A stretch of 64,000 bases of DNA from Dehalococcoidia bacterium UBA5760. GTDB taxonomy: Bacteria > Chloroflexota > Dehalococcoidia > Dehalococcoidales > UBA5760. Positions within the stretch are counted from its first letter, which is position 1; each line of letters starts with the position of its first letter. The notes beneath the pieces were generated by a model. It was given only the letters and a program-made list of their open reading frames with translations. It did not search any database and had not been told where the DNA came from. Position numbers and translations under genes: made by a program. Shown one piece after another: positions 48,171 to 59,498 of the stretch. The DNA lies in assembly GCA_002418895.1 (NCBI GenBank), contig DIFA01000019.1, forward strand, positions 106,662 through 170,661. Direction: 5' to 3'.

Positions 48171-50741
48171 CTAGTTAACTTCCAGTGTGGACCCGGCCGC
48201 TGTTTTCCTGACATTAATGCGGGTGGGAAAAGCATCTCTGAGTTCTTCGATATGGGTTATCACCAGTATCTTTTCAAAGTCATCCTGAATTGAGGTTATC
48301 GCTTCCTTAATCTTCTCTATACCAATGCTGTCCTGCGTACCGAAACCCTCATCAATTACCAGGGTGGGTAATGGTGCTCCCGCCCGCCTGGCCAGTAGTC
48401 TGGACAATGCGATACGAATGGCAAAGTTAATCCGGAAGGCTTCACCGCCACTGAACATTTCATAATCTCGTGTTCCCAGCTCATCCGAAATTTTAATATC
48501 CAGGGTCTCCACCACACTCCCCGACTTTGTTCCCCTCTGTGTTTCCATCTTAACGTGCATTCTATTATCAGTCATATGAGACAATAATTGGTTGGCTTCC
48601 ATTTCAATCTCAGGAAGAGAGCTCTCAATCAGCAATGCCTGGACTCCCCTTTTCCCAAAGGCCTGAGCCAGCTCCTGATAGATACTCCCCTCTTTTATTG
48701 CCTGGGTAAGTAATTTTTCCTTCTCCTGTAATTTTATGTCAAGTTCACGGCATCGCTTCAGTTTCTCTTTCAGACCCCCCAGTGCTTCCTGAGCCTGTTT
48801 CTGCAGCGCTGTCTGCGACTCATATTCTGCTTCCGCTCGGGTCAACTCAGCGAAAATCACGGGCAGTTGTGCCAGTTCTTTACTCATGACCTCCTTTTTA
48901 CGGTGGTCACTTTCCAGGCTATAGCGCAGTTCACGAGACGCCTCCTTTGCCTGACCAACGGCCTCCTGTGCCTGGCTGATGAGCCTTTCTGCTTCCTCCA
49001 GCTTCTGTTTGAGCCCTCCGTACCGCTCCAAATCCGCCAGGCGCTGACGTGATTCTTCGTGCTGGTCAGGGCTGTAGCCCAGTGCCGCCAGTTCCTCTTC
49101 GATATGTTCCAGCGCCCGCTGCTCAACGGTAGCGAAATCCCTACTGGTCAGATGTTCTTCAATACCGGCAAGAACTCCCCTGGTCTCCTTGAGCTTGTCG
49201 CTGGCCTGTTCAGCCCGGCTAATCTCCTGGCGCAGAGCTTCAACTCGACTTTGAAGGGAAACCCTGTCCCGATTTAGATCGGCCTCAAGCTGAGTGATTT
49301 CCCTCTCACTCTGTTCAAGCTCCGCCTTCTTCTGCTCAAGCTCGATCCTATTTAGCTTGAGTGACTCTACCTTTCCCTGCTTTTCACCGTTGTACTTGAT
49401 CTCAATCAGCTTTAAGCCATCCTCGGCAAGCTCCGTCTCGCAGAGGGGACATTTGTTCCCTTCCTTAGTAAGGAGGAGGCTAAGCTTCTCCTCCATCTCC
49501 TTGATTTCGCGTTCCAGATGAATTTTATTAGACTCCAGGTGGTTCAGTCGAGCCATAAGCTCCCGGGAGGTCTGCTTCTTGCCCTGCAGTACCTCTCCTC
49601 TCTCCGACAGTCGATCCAGACGCGCCTGTGTATCACACAGGTCTTTCTTTAGCGAGGGTAGGCTTTGTACAATGGTCTCCAGTTCACTCACCTGGTTCTG
49701 GACTACAGCATGGTCTTTCAGTAGTGCCTGTCCGGCCCGGGTAATGCTCATCTCTATCTGGTGTTTGCGCTCGTTCATCATGTTGACCAGCCCCAGTTTC
49801 CGGTTAAGTTCATCAATCATTTGTTTGGCGACAGTGAAACTCCGGTATCCTTCTTCTATTACCGGACGCTGATCAATCAGCTCCTGATACTCCTGAATGC
49901 GCCGGAGGTGTTGCCCAATCTGCCCATCCCAGCGCTCCAGGTCCTGTGCTGTCTTATCGATATGCTCCTCCAGTTGTATCAGCTGCTGTTTCTTATTTTC
50001 CAGCGCCTCCTTTTTTTGTCTGATGCCCTCAAGCCGGGCCTTCTGCCCGACCATCTGCTCTTCAATATCGGCAAGCTGCCCCGACCCGGCTTCAAATTCA
50101 GCCCGCCAAGCCGGCTCCTGACTCAATTCACCGGTTATCTCTCGAATGGTGCCTTCCATCTGTTCCTTTACCATTTGATACTCTTTAGAACGGTCTTTGG
50201 CCCGCTCAGACAGTCCATCGTAGAAAGAAAGGCCCAGGATGTCAGCCAGCACCTGCTTGCGTTCGAGGGGGCGTTTAACGGTAAAAGCATCGGCACGCCC
50301 CTGCAGGAGAAGGGCGCTATTGACAAAAGTCTGGTAGTCCATATGCAGGATAGCGATAATCGCCTGCTGGGTCTGGGTAATATTGTTTCCGGTAATAGTA
50401 CGGAAACCGTCCCCATCGGCTATCTGGAGCTCCAGGAGTGTCCTACCCTGTCCACCGCTCTTCTTCGGTCGAGCGTGCCGGCGGATAATACGATACGGCT
50501 GCCCCTTGATAGCGAAGTCAAACTCCACCCACATCTCAGTCTGACCCAGATGGATGAGGTCATCATCGCTCTTGGCTCTGGTCTTCCCCCATAGCGCCCA
50601 GGTAATAGCGTCAACCAGGGTTGATTTGCCGTTGCCATTATCCCCTGATATACAGGCAGTGTGAATACCATCAAAGGAGAGAGGCGGTACGTTATCCCGG
50701 TAGCACATGAAGTTATGTAGCGACAGCTTGATAGGAATCAT
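48171..50741 (-). CDS. sbcC: SbcC/Rad50-family ATPase with a zinc hook
   Basis: N-terminal Walker A GDNGNGKSTL, long coiled coils, central CPLC hook (GNKCPLCETEL), C-terminal signature FSGGEAFR and Walker B LVIDEGFG. Confidence 0.85.
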   Translation of the reverse strand: MIPIKLSLHNFMCYRDNVPPLSFDGIHTACISGDNGNGKSTLVDAITWALWGKTRAKSDDDLIHLGQTEMWVEFDFAIKGQPYRIIRRHARPKKSGGQGRTLLELQIADGDGFRTITGNNITQTQQAIIAILHMDYQTFVNSALLLQGRADAFTVKRPLERKQVLADILGLSFYDGLSERAKDRSKEYQMVKEQMEGTIREITGELSQEPAWRAEFEAGSGQLADIEEQMVGQKARLEGIRQKKEALENKKQQLIQLEEHIDKTAQDLERWDGQIGQHLRRIQEYQELIDQRPVIEEGYRSFTVAKQMIDELNRKLGLVNMMNERKHQIEMSITRAGQALLKDHAVVQNQVSELETIVQSLPSLKKDLCDTQARLDRLSERGEVLQGKKQTSRELMARLNHLESNKIHLEREIKEMEEKLSLLLTKEGNKCPLCETELAEDGLKLIEIKYNGEKQGKVESLKLNRIELEQKKAELEQSEREITQLEADLNRDRVSLQSRVEALRQEISRAEQASDKLKETRGVLAGIEEHLTSRDFATVEQRALEHIEEELAALGYSPDQHEESRQRLADLERYGGLKQKLEEAERLISQAQEAVGQAKEASRELRYSLESDHRKKEVMSKELAQLPVIFAELTRAEAEYESQTALQKQAQEALGGLKEKLKRCRELDIKLQEKEKLLTQAIKEGSIYQELAQAFGKRGVQALLIESSLPEIEMEANQLLSHMTDNRMHVKMETQRGTKSGSVVETLDIKISDELGTRDYEMFSGGEAFRINFAIRIALSRLLARRAGAPLPTLVIDEGFGTQDSIGIEKIKEAITSIQDDFEKILVITHIEELRDAFPTRINVRKTAAGSTLEVN

Positions 50742-50774
50742 CGCTAAAGCCTTGACAATGCAGCTTTAGTTACG

Positions 50775-50972
50775 TTAAGTTTCATAGACCACTTTTCGAT
50801 TTGTCTTGCCGGCCGTGGTATCTTTTCGACAGCCGACAAAATGGAATATTCCGATGATGATAAGGTAGATGCCGATCAAATAGGCAAGCACCCGGGGGTT
50901 GACCAAAATAACGATGCCAAAGACAATAGCGATGATACCGGAAATGAAGCCAGGGTTCAGGCCGATATCCAT
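50775..50972 (-). CDS. Small two-TM membrane protein (DUF3096-like)
   Basis: 65 aa from ATG 50972 after a GAGGGGG RBS. The stop lies 33 nt upstream of the sbcC start on the same strand. Confidence 0.5.
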   Translation of the reverse strand: MDIGLNPGFISGIIAIVFGIVILVNPRVLAYLIGIYLIIIGIFHFVGCRKDTTAGKTNRKVVYET

Positions 50973-51063
50973 GGTTGCCCCCTCGGTCAAATGTTTTTAG
51001 ATTATAGATTAGTCTTCGAGTTTTGTCTATAGATAGAATTAACGGACCAATGTTTGAGGTTAA

Positions 51064-52020
51064 ATGTCTCCTTCTCGCAGTCAATTAAGCAGTGTCATCT
51101 TGATGGGGGCCAGAAAAGGGCGGAAAAGCTTTGTCTGGATTTGCAAACTACTCATCCCTATCTCTTTCCTGGCAGTAATAATCCAGTGGAGCGGCTGGCT
51201 CTACCAGGTAATGCCTCTCCTGGACCCGATAATGCAGCTGTTAAACCTTCCTGGTGCAGCCGCGTTACCTATTCTCAGCGGAATGCTGATCGGTCCTTAC
51301 ACCACCATTGCCATGATGTCGGTGCTTCCGTTCAGCTTAGGCCAGATGACCCTGATTGCCGTCTTTACTATGATTGCCCATAGCCTTATCATCGAGAGCG
51401 CTATCCAGCACAGGTCCGGTATCCATGCCGCCAAAATAACTCTGATCCGCATCGGTGGTGCGATTCTGGCCGTATTGATTGTTTCCCGGTTCTTTCCCAA
51501 CACCGCACAAGACATTGTCATACCAGATGCTTTCACTGCCACCGCACCTTTTACCCAGGTACTGAAGGTCTGGGGTATTGAGACAGGGTGGCTGCTTGCT
51601 AAAATATTCGGCATCGTCATGGCGGTAATGATCGGGCTGGAGTCCCTGAAATCTCTGGGCTGGGTCGAAAACCTGATCAAGGTCTTCCAGCCTGTGATGC
51701 ATATACTCGGGCTTTCCCGCCGGGCCGCCATGCTCTGGATAACCGCCGTCCTTTTCGGCGTCCTGTACGGGGGTGCTGTTATCATTGAAGAAGCCGGCAG
51801 AGCAGGCTTGAGCAAGGGCGAACTGGAAGACCTTCATATTTCCATCGGCATCAACCACAGCATGATTGAGGACCCTGCACTATACCTGGCGCTGGGACTG
51901 AATGCCTTCTGGCTGTGGATACCCAGATTAGTCACAGCAATTATCGCGGTCCAGGTATACCATATCGCGAGATACCTTAAGGGGAAATATCTTCAATGGC
52001 AGACGGCAAGAGTAGAATGA
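51064..52020 (+). CDS. Nucleoside-recognition (Gate) domain membrane protein
   Basis: 318-aa polytopic protein. The segments LNLPGAAALPILSGMLIGPYTTIAMM resemble FeoB-C/SpmA-type Gate domains. Confidence 0.6.
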   Translation: MSPSRSQLSSVILMGARKGRKSFVWICKLLIPISFLAVIIQWSGWLYQVMPLLDPIMQLLNLPGAAALPILSGMLIGPYTTIAMMSVLPFSLGQMTLIAVFTMIAHSLIIESAIQHRSGIHAAKITLIRIGGAILAVLIVSRFFPNTAQDIVIPDAFTATAPFTQVLKVWGIETGWLLAKIFGIVMAVMIGLESLKSLGWVENLIKVFQPVMHILGLSRRAAMLWITAVLFGVLYGGAVIIEEAGRAGLSKGELEDLHISIGINHSMIEDPALYLALGLNAFWLWIPRLVTAIIAVQVYHIARYLKGKYLQWQTARVE

Positions 52021-52039
52021 TACAACCCGTACGGATCTC

Positions 52040-53470
52040 TCATTCCAGATAGTCCTTTAGCCGACGGCTCCGGCTGGGGTGACGCAGCTTACGCAGCGCC
52101 TTAGCCTCAATCTGACGGATACGTTCCCTGGTTACATTAAACTCCTTACCCACCTCTTCCAGGGTACGGCTTCTGCCATCCTCCAAACCGAATCTGAGCT
52201 GCAACACTCGCTGTTCACGGTGGGTGAGGGTACACAGTACATCATCAATCTGCTCTTTAAGCAGTTGACGGGAGGCAGACTCAGGAGGCGGCAGGGCATT
52301 GCGATCCTCAATAAAATCGCCCAGATGACTATCATTCTCTTCACCGATAGGAGATTCCAGCGATATCGGCAGCTGGGCTACCTTGATGATTTCCCTTACC
52401 TTTTCCGTGGGTATCTCCAGCTCGACACCGATTTCCTTAGGGGTAGCTTCCCGTCCCAACTTCTGGGCCAGGCGACGGCTCACCCTCAGCAGTCGGTTAA
52501 TCGTCTCGATCATATGGACAGGAACACGAATCGTACGTGCCTGGTCGGCTATAGCTCGGGTAATCGCCTGCCGAATCCACCAGGTAGCATAGGTGCTGAA
52601 CTTATAGCCACGGCGGTAATCAAACTTCTCCACAGCCTTGATCAGACCGATATTTCCCTCCTGAATCAGATCAAGGAGAGACATACCCCGTCCGACATGC
52701 TTTTTAGCAACACTAACTACCAAACGCAGATTGGCTTTAATCAGATGGCTCTCTGAACGTTGCGCTTCATACTGAATATTCCTTATGTGGGACCGGAATA
52801 ACTGCTCATAGCCCTGAATAGACTCAATAAAATCATTGTTCTCTACCAGACTCTCTATTTCGGACACGGGAGTGCCGTCTCCAATAGCCTCAATAATCTC
52901 CTTGGGCAATAAGGAGCTGTTTAGCGACAGGTTAATCAGGAGATGTTCCACCTCCGGGATCGATTTACCCGTCTGGTAAGCCACCGCCTGGATTAGTTGC
53001 TGGTCTATCTCGCCGTCGATGTTATCCCTCAGTCTAGCATTAAATATAAGCTCCTCAAAGCTGCTGGTTGGCACCAAATCGACCTGCTCTAAGGCGATGC
53101 TAATAACACTGGAGAGTTGCCCTATCTCCTTAAGCATAGTGAGTACTATCTCAACTGCCGAAGGCTGCCTTCCGTAGTTATCCAGGAATTCCTGCTCGAT
53201 TTCAGCGATTCTTTTCCCCTCTGCTATCCTTCGAGACAGAGCCTGCTCATTCTTGGCAGTGAGCAGGGACACCCTGCCGATTTCATGAAGATAGATACGC
53301 ACCGGATCGTCGGTGATCTCCTGCTCGTCTATTTGATGGAGCGGTAATTCCAACTCGTCGGCTACATCGGGATGAAGCTCTTCGTTCAGTCTTTCATACG
53401 ATGATATGTCTTCGTCGCCATGTTCCTGAGGTGAAAAATCCTGAGTTTCGTCGGTGTTTTCCTGATTCAT
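52040..53470 (-). CDS. rpoD: RNA polymerase sigma factor RpoD (primary sigma-70)
   Basis: Regions 1.2-4.2 are present ([34 protein letters not shown]; [15 protein letters not shown]; [10 protein letters not shown]). Confidence 0.93.
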   Translation of the reverse strand: MNQENTDETQDFSPQEHGDEDISSYERLNEELHPDVADELELPLHQIDEQEITDDPVRIYLHEIGRVSLLTAKNEQALSRRIAEGKRIAEIEQEFLDNYGRQPSAVEIVLTMLKEIGQLSSVISIALEQVDLVPTSSFEELIFNARLRDNIDGEIDQQLIQAVAYQTGKSIPEVEHLLINLSLNSSLLPKEIIEAIGDGTPVSEIESLVENNDFIESIQGYEQLFRSHIRNIQYEAQRSESHLIKANLRLVVSVAKKHVGRGMSLLDLIQEGNIGLIKAVEKFDYRRGYKFSTYATWWIRQAITRAIADQARTIRVPVHMIETINRLLRVSRRLAQKLGREATPKEIGVELEIPTEKVREIIKVAQLPISLESPIGEENDSHLGDFIEDRNALPPPESASRQLLKEQIDDVLCTLTHREQRVLQLRFGLEDGRSRTLEEVGKEFNVTRERIRQIEAKALRKLRHPSRSRRLKDYLE

Positions 53471-55269
53471 TTCTTACTCCCCTTTATACCTGCCCCTCTG
53501 CTCTTTTGGGTAAAGACCTCACCCAGCTGGGTACTGATATCTACCCCCTGCTCCTTCAGCTTGGCTAAATCGGCGGCGCTGCCGCCCTGTTCCGCCTCCA
53601 GAGCCAGTACCGCCTCTTTTTTCACCTCCAGGCTGCGTAGAAACCTTTCCCGCAGGCGGAGGACGCAGTCAGTATATCTCGGCTCTATCCGGTTATCCTC
53701 TAAGTCCTTCTTCTTCATTCTATCCATTATCGAGTCGAGGTGTTCCTGAATAACGGTATCAAGCCTGCCCTTTAAGGATAGTATATCACTGCTCTGCAGC
53801 CAGGCAGTAAATATTTCACGGTTTTCGCTGTTTTCAAAGTATTCCGGTAGAGGCTCCTGAGAGCACTCCTTCAGCTCGGGGTGCTGCAGTAAGAGGGCCA
53901 GGCAGTATTCCTCGAGCGGGCTGGAATAAACAGAGCGCAGCGACTGTTCCGGAACTCTTTGCCGCGCTACTCCTGCCCGTGAGCCAGCCGGTGTTGACTT
54001 AATTCGTCTTAACACGTTTTCCAGGTTACGCCCGGTAACATTGACCAGCCGGGACAACTTCTCCAGGTAGTGCCCCTGGCGCACGATGTCATTCATCCCA
54101 GCAATGATGGGAAGCAGCCTGTCCACGGCCAGTGACTTATCCCTGGCCGTGCTAAGGTCGAGACCGGCGGTAATCATACTGAAGGTATAGTCCATAATGG
54201 GCATAGCCTTACCGAGCAGGTCCTGCCAGATCCGGGCATCTTCCTTAATGACACTGTCGGGATCTTTTCCCTCCGGGAGGGCGATAACCCTTACTTCAGC
54301 ACCCAGGGTATTCTCATAACCTACGCTCCTCAGCATCGCTTCTTCACCGGCAGCATCGGCATCAAGGGCTAAGATTACGTTCCTGGTTAGTCGCTTCAAA
54401 ATATTAATCTGCTTCTCGGTAACCGCAGTCCCCATTGAAGCAACCACATTAGTAAAGCCACACCGATGGGCGGTGATGGCGTCCATAAAGCCTTCCACAA
54501 TCACTACCGTATCCCGCTCTCTAATTGCCGGCGCCGCCAGGTCTATGCCATACAGGATACTACCCTTATCAAACACCGCCGTCTGCGGAGAGTTGAGGTA
54601 CTTAGGCAACGAATCGTCCAGAGCCCTGGCTCCAAAACCGATGATGTGCCCCTTAGCATCACGTATCGGGAACATCAACCGGTTACGAAACCGGTCATAG
54701 CTTCCCCCCGCTTCTTTCTCTGTTACCAGGCCTCCGTTAAGCAGTTCTTTCTCATTATGGCCCCGCTCCTCCAGGTACTTTTTTAGTGCGTCCCAGCTAT
54801 TCAGACTGAAGCCCAATCGAAAGCTAACGATGGTCTCTGATGAGAGGTCTCGATCAGCGGCATATTCCCTCGCCTTCTCCGCAGCCGGGGAATTCAAAAG
54901 CAGCTCATGAAAATACCGGGCGGCAGCTTCATTAATCTGATAAAGCCTCTCCTTCTCATCCTTGCCGACACGAGACTCGGACCTCGATGGTATGCCGACC
55001 CCGACCCTTTCCCCCAGCAAGCGCAGGGCTTCTCCGAAATCAAGGCCTTCCTTTTTCATAAGGAAAGAAAAGACATCACCGCCGGTGCCGCAGGCGCCAA
55101 AGCAGTGCCAGCTCTGCTGCTCGGGATAGACAAAAAAAGAGGGGGTCTTTTCACTGTGGAACGGACATAACCCTCTTAAGGTCCGCCCCGATTTGGTCAG
55201 TGAAGTGTACTGGCTGATGATATCAACGATGTCGACCCTTTGCTTTACCTCTTCAATTACACTCATCAC
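53467..55269 (-). CDS. dnaG: DNA primase
   Basis: Zinc finger [11 protein letters not shown]...CFGCG, a TOPRIM domain (VIVEGFMD) and an ATGA overlap with rpoD. Confidence 0.92.
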   Translation of the reverse strand: MMSVIEEVKQRVDIVDIISQYTSLTKSGRTLRGLCPFHSEKTPSFFVYPEQQSWHCFGACGTGGDVFSFLMKKEGLDFGEALRLLGERVGVGIPSRSESRVGKDEKERLYQINEAAARYFHELLLNSPAAEKAREYAADRDLSSETIVSFRLGFSLNSWDALKKYLEERGHNEKELLNGGLVTEKEAGGSYDRFRNRLMFPIRDAKGHIIGFGARALDDSLPKYLNSPQTAVFDKGSILYGIDLAAPAIRERDTVVIVEGFMDAITAHRCGFTNVVASMGTAVTEKQINILKRLTRNVILALDADAAGEEAMLRSVGYENTLGAEVRVIALPEGKDPDSVIKEDARIWQDLLGKAMPIMDYTFSMITAGLDLSTARDKSLAVDRLLPIIAGMNDIVRQGHYLEKLSRLVNVTGRNLENVLRRIKSTPAGSRAGVARQRVPEQSLRSVYSSPLEEYCLALLLQHPELKECSQEPLPEYFENSENREIFTAWLQSSDILSLKGRLDTVIQEHLDSIMDRMKKKDLEDNRIEPRYTDCVLRLRERFLRSLEVKKEAVLALEAEQGGSAADLAKLKEQGVDISTQLGEVFTQKSRGAGIKGSKK

Positions 55270-55323
55270 TAAAACCCGTCCCGTCGTCTCTCTTCAGGTT
55301 ATCACTATCCGATATATATTCTA

Positions 55324-56064
55324 TCAGCTACCGACATCGATGACGAATACTGCCTGATAGGGCTTGTGGGCAACATAACCCACCTTTTCTTTAACTATCG
55401 CCATAGTGGGATCAGCAACAATCCATATCCCACTGCTGTATTTTTTGGGCAGAAGATTGGAATGCGCCGGGTCAAAACAGAGTATGCGGGCGTCGCTACT
55501 CATTCCTAAAATATCCAGTATCGTCTTCTCCTCTTCAATGAAAGCCTCGCCGTCTCCGGAATAATAGACGAGACAGGTCATATGATCCATTATCCAGTCG
55601 TCATCCGTATCAATACTGGCGATGGCGGCATCCAGGCCAACCGATTCGTACAGGCTGGCCAGCAGAATGGCAAAATCATCGCAGTCACCACCTCCGGCAT
55701 TGATGGTCTCATGAGCGTAGGCAAAATAGTTGCGTCCCCTGGGGTCGCTGACATATCTGATATTAACAGCTGCCCACCGGTTTAGTTGCCATATCTTCCA
55801 GACCTCCGAGTTGGCCTCTATCTCAGCCGGACAATCCCGGACCGCCGATACTGCGGTATTCCTGACCAGCGGGTCGGCTGACTCAACATAGTACTCGACA
55901 TTCTGAGGCCGCTGCTGATCGGATTGGGATAGGCTTACCGCCGGCTCCGGAGTTTTGTCATCAGAAATCTCTTCCCCCGGCAGACAGGCCGCCCCAACCA
56001 AGGCCAGCAAGCCGACCAAGGCACCCAGGTACATGCCAAATAGCAACCGCCTCTTCCGTCTCAT
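55324..56064 (-). CDS. Transglutaminase-like lipoprotein
   Basis: Lipobox GAAC. GGGDCDDFAILLASLYESVGL...DHMTCLVY has Cys/His/Asp spacing typical of the transglutaminase core. Confidence 0.55.
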   Translation of the reverse strand: MRRKRRLLFGMYLGALVGLLALVGAACLPGEEISDDKTPEPAVSLSQSDQQRPQNVEYYVESADPLVRNTAVSAVRDCPAEIEANSEVWKIWQLNRWAAVNIRYVSDPRGRNYFAYAHETINAGGGDCDDFAILLASLYESVGLDAAIASIDTDDDWIMDHMTCLVYYSGDGEAFIEEEKTILDILGMSSDARILCFDPAHSNLLPKKYSSGIWIVADPTMAIVKEKVGYVAHKPYQAVFVIDVGS

Positions 56065-57108
56065 TCAGTCCTCTGCTATCTCCGCCGCCATTCTCAGGGC
56101 ATAATGGTCAGTCATACCGGCGATATGATCAACCACCCTTCTTTCCATTTCATCACTATAGAGACGGTACTCCGGCGGCAATTTATCTTCACCCTGATTT
56201 AAGTACCGGTATAACCGGCAAATTACCCGCCTTGCCTCCTCCGCCTCTTCTCCGCTGGAGATGGGACCATACACCCGCTCAAAGAGAAACTTACGTAGAG
56301 TATTGGTTGCCTCCTTCACTTCATGGCTCATGCCAATAGCGGGATCACTTGGCACATCCGAGCCGTTGACTGCCTGCCAGGAATACTCAATGATATCAGA
56401 GACCATAGTATTAATACGCTGCGAATGAGACAACCCCAGCACCCTGATTGCCGAGATAGGCAGATCACCATCATTGAGAATACCCGCTCTTATCGCATCC
56501 CCGATATCGTGGTTAATATAGGCAATGATATCAGCAATCTTGCATACCTCTCCCTCCAGAGTGTTTACCCTGCCCCAATCCTTTCCCATAACCTCTGTCC
56601 TTGTCTTGGAGTGATTAACGATACCATCCCGTACCTCCCAGGTAAGATTGAGACCCTGCCCATCATTCTCGAGCAAATCAACCACTCTCAGGCTCTGCTC
56701 GTTATGCCGGAAACCCTGGGAGTAGAGTTCATTCAGCATATCCTCGCCCATATGTCCGAATGGGGTATGGCCCAGGTCATGCCCCAGAGCGATTGCCTCA
56801 GCCAGATCCTCATTCAGGTTCAGAGCACGAGCGATAGTACGTGCTATCTGAGAGACCTCAAGGGTATGGGTCAATCGGGTTACGTAGTGATCGCCCAGAG
56901 GCGCAATAAATACCTGTGTCTTGTGTTTAAGGCGACGAAAGGCCTTGGAATGGATAATACGGTCACGATCACGCTGAAAAGCGGTACGGATGGGGCAGGG
57001 ATCTTCCTGCTTGAGACGGCCCCGCGACTGCTTACTTTTCACCGCATTAGGGGAAAGAGCTGCCTCTCTTTCTTCAGCAGATTGACGGATATTTAGCCGG
57101 CTAACCAT
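56065..57108 (-). CDS. dgt: dGTP triphosphohydrolase-like HD-domain protein
   Basis: FQRDRDRIIHSKAFRRLKHKTQVF and HDLGHTPFGH motifs. Confidence 0.85.
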   Translation of the reverse strand: MVSRLNIRQSAEEREAALSPNAVKSKQSRGRLKQEDPCPIRTAFQRDRDRIIHSKAFRRLKHKTQVFIAPLGDHYVTRLTHTLEVSQIARTIARALNLNEDLAEAIALGHDLGHTPFGHMGEDMLNELYSQGFRHNEQSLRVVDLLENDGQGLNLTWEVRDGIVNHSKTRTEVMGKDWGRVNTLEGEVCKIADIIAYINHDIGDAIRAGILNDGDLPISAIRVLGLSHSQRINTMVSDIIEYSWQAVNGSDVPSDPAIGMSHEVKEATNTLRKFLFERVYGPISSGEEAEEARRVICRLYRYLNQGEDKLPPEYRLYSDEMERRVVDHIAGMTDHYALRMAAEIAED

Positions 57109-59368
57109 TAAGCTTCAGTTTTGCTTCCGCCTTGGAGATTATTTCTCTGGTAACGCCAATCATATCCGGACTTACCGAAACGGAGGTAATTCCCCATTGG
57201 ACCAGCTTTTCGGTAAGGTCGGGGTATACCGATGGCGCCTGACCGCAGATAGAAGAGGTAACCCCCATACTATTGGTTGCCTTGATAACCTTTTCCAGGG
57301 AGAGGAGTACCGCTTCATCACGCTCATCGAATGACTGGGCCAGTACCGCATTGTCCCGATCAACACCCAGAGTAAGCTGAGTCAGGTCGTTAGAGCCGAT
57401 TGATACACCGTCGATACCACAGGCAAGGAATTTCTCGATCAGAATTACGTTAGATGGCAACTCCACCATCATCCATATCTTGAAATCGCTGGAGCGCTTC
57501 AGCCCTTCTGCTGCCATAACCTCCAGTGTCCGGGACAGCTCACGGACGGTTCGCACAAATGGAATCATGACCCACAGGTTAGGATAGTCCTGTCGCACCT
57601 TCTTAATAGCATTCAACTCCAGTTTGAAGACATCAATGTCCTTGATGTATCGCGAAGCCCCCCGGTAACCGAGCATCGGGTTTTCTTCGACTTCTTCGTA
57701 CTCCTCCCCACCCTTAAGCGACCGGTATTCGTTGGTCTTGAAATCGTTGGTCCGGTATACTACCGGGCGGGGGTTAAAGGCTTTAGCGAAAGCTGTTATG
57801 CCACTGGCAAGTTTGGTGGTGAATTCATCACCCCTGTTCTGGCTGAGCATATAACTGGGGTGCTCTCCAATATGGGCAACCATAAACTCGGCACGCAGCA
57901 GACCGACACCATCCACATTACGGGCCGCCACTGAATCAACCAGCTCCGGCTGGGCCAGATTAACGTACACTCTGGTCTTGGTCTTAATCGTTTCCTTAAG
58001 AACTCCGGAAACCGAAGCGGTCTGCATTCTTCGGGCTACCTTCCCATCATAAATCTTGCCGTGTGAACCATCCACAGTGATCACCTGGTTATCGCTTAAA
58101 GTTTCGGTAGCTTTTTCGGTACCTACGACACAGGGAATACCCAGCTCACGGCTGATAATTGCGGCATGGGCGGTCCTGCCACCACGGTTGGTTACAATAG
58201 CAGCCGCTCTTTTCATCGCCGGTACGAAATCAGGAGTAGTCATTTCGGCAACCAGGATATCCCCTTCGGTCACCCGGTCAATCTGAGAGGGGTCCGGTAC
58301 TATCACTACCGGACCCGAAGCGATACCGGGACTGGCGGATACTCCTTTTAATAGTACCGGGGCATTTATTTCCGGCTCAACCCCGGTGAATTCTTTCACG
58401 GTAGTTACCGGACGGGTCTGAACGATAAATATCTCTTTGCCTTCCTTAGCCCATTCGATATCCTGGGGAACTCCATAGTGCTTCTCTATCTGTTTTCCTA
58501 CGCCGGCCAGTGCGGTTATGTCCTGGTCGGATATTTTCTGCAGGGACCGAGTTGAAGCAGGAACCTGCACCCAGATATTAGTCTTTTCACTACTGCGGTC
58601 AGGATTAATAATCAACTGACGGTCCTGCCGGCTCATCTTCTTTGAAATGATACTTAAGCTCTCTTTATCGACAATGTAGAGATCCGGGTTCTCCTCTCCC
58701 GATACGATAGCTTCACCCAGACCATAGATCGCTTCGATGACAATCTCGTTGGTAACACTGGTTACCGGTTCAACAGTAAACATAACGCCGGAAGCTTCCG
58801 ACTGTACCATCCTCTGTACCGGAACGGCAATACCAACCTTAAAGTGATCAAATCCCTGTTTCTCCCTGTAGAATACGGCACGGGCTTCAAAAAGGGATGC
58901 CCAACAGCTATGAACCGCAGCGATTACCCCTTTTTCATCCCCTATATTGAGATAGGTACTCTGCTGCCCGGCGAAGGAAGCCTCCGGCAGGTCTTCCGCA
59001 GTTGCCGAGGAACGTACAGCGACCAGACCGCCACCCAATTTGGCATAAGCAGCCTTAATCTCGGTAACCAGTTCCGGGGGCATGGTAGCCTTAAGGATTA
59101 CCTCCCGCACCTTTGCTGCTGTTTGCTGAAGTTGTTTGCTGTCATTAACATCCAGTGGCAGAAGCAGCTGGCGAATTTTATCGGTTACTCCCGTCTGCTT
59201 GAGAAAGTTAAAATAGGCACTGGCGGTTACCACAAAGCCCGGGGGTACCGGGATGCCGGCGTTGGTCATTTCACCCAGGTTAGCTCCCTTACCACCGACA
59301 ACGGGTATATCATTCTTCGTAATCTCATTGAACCAGAGGATAGCTTTCTCACCACTGCGCATAATCAA
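57101..59368 (-). CDS. ppsA: Phosphoenolpyruvate synthase (pyruvate, water dikinase)
   Basis: 755 aa with an ATP-grasp N-domain (VGGKGANLGEM), the phosphohistidine motif GGRTAHAAIISRELGIP and a PEP-utilising C-domain. Confidence 0.9.
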   Translation of the reverse strand: MIMRSGEKAILWFNEITKNDIPVVGGKGANLGEMTNAGIPVPPGFVVTASAYFNFLKQTGVTDKIRQLLLPLDVNDSKQLQQTAAKVREVILKATMPPELVTEIKAAYAKLGGGLVAVRSSATAEDLPEASFAGQQSTYLNIGDEKGVIAAVHSCWASLFEARAVFYREKQGFDHFKVGIAVPVQRMVQSEASGVMFTVEPVTSVTNEIVIEAIYGLGEAIVSGEENPDLYIVDKESLSIISKKMSRQDRQLIINPDRSSEKTNIWVQVPASTRSLQKISDQDITALAGVGKQIEKHYGVPQDIEWAKEGKEIFIVQTRPVTTVKEFTGVEPEINAPVLLKGVSASPGIASGPVVIVPDPSQIDRVTEGDILVAEMTTPDFVPAMKRAAAIVTNRGGRTAHAAIISRELGIPCVVGTEKATETLSDNQVITVDGSHGKIYDGKVARRMQTASVSGVLKETIKTKTRVYVNLAQPELVDSVAARNVDGVGLLRAEFMVAHIGEHPSYMLSQNRGDEFTTKLASGITAFAKAFNPRPVVYRTNDFKTNEYRSLKGGEEYEEVEENPMLGYRGASRYIKDIDVFKLELNAIKKVRQDYPNLWVMIPFVRTVRELSRTLEVMAAEGLKRSSDFKIWMMVELPSNVILIEKFLACGIDGVSIGSNDLTQLTLGVDRDNAVLAQSFDERDEAVLLSLEKVIKATNSMGVTSSICGQAPSVYPDLTEKLVQWGITSVSVSPDMIGVTREIISKAEAKLKLNG

Positions 59369-59441
59369 AGATCCCCCTTAATGATTAAGATGATCTACAT
59401 TAGTTTTTGTTTTAGAGTTTCATTATATCATATGTTTCTGG

Positions 59442-59470
59442 TTGACAGTAGTTTTGCTGAAAGGTAGAAT
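59442..59470 (+). promoter_or_regulatory. Putative sigma-70 promoter
   Basis: TTGACA, 17-nt spacer, TAGAAT. It ends about 28 nt upstream of ATG 59499. Confidence 0.5.
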
Positions 59471-59498
59471 TAGACTAGCTGAAAGGGGAGGCACGGTG

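Noticed and set aside
49761-50594. 277-aa ORF antisense to sbcC, plus several shorter ORFs in the same region.
   Set aside because: It is the mirror frame of a coiled-coil gene rich in GAG/CTG/CAG codons. The translation is Leu/Phe/Pro-rich low complexity with no start context.
56323-57096. 257-aa ORF antisense to dgt. Similar cases are 52079..52756 (antisense to rpoD), 58844..59467 (antisense to ppsA) and 51297..51858 (antisense to the Gate-domain gene).
   Set aside because: All lie fully inside strongly supported genes on the other strand and lack motifs or ribosome-binding sites. I treat them as chance stop-free antisense frames.
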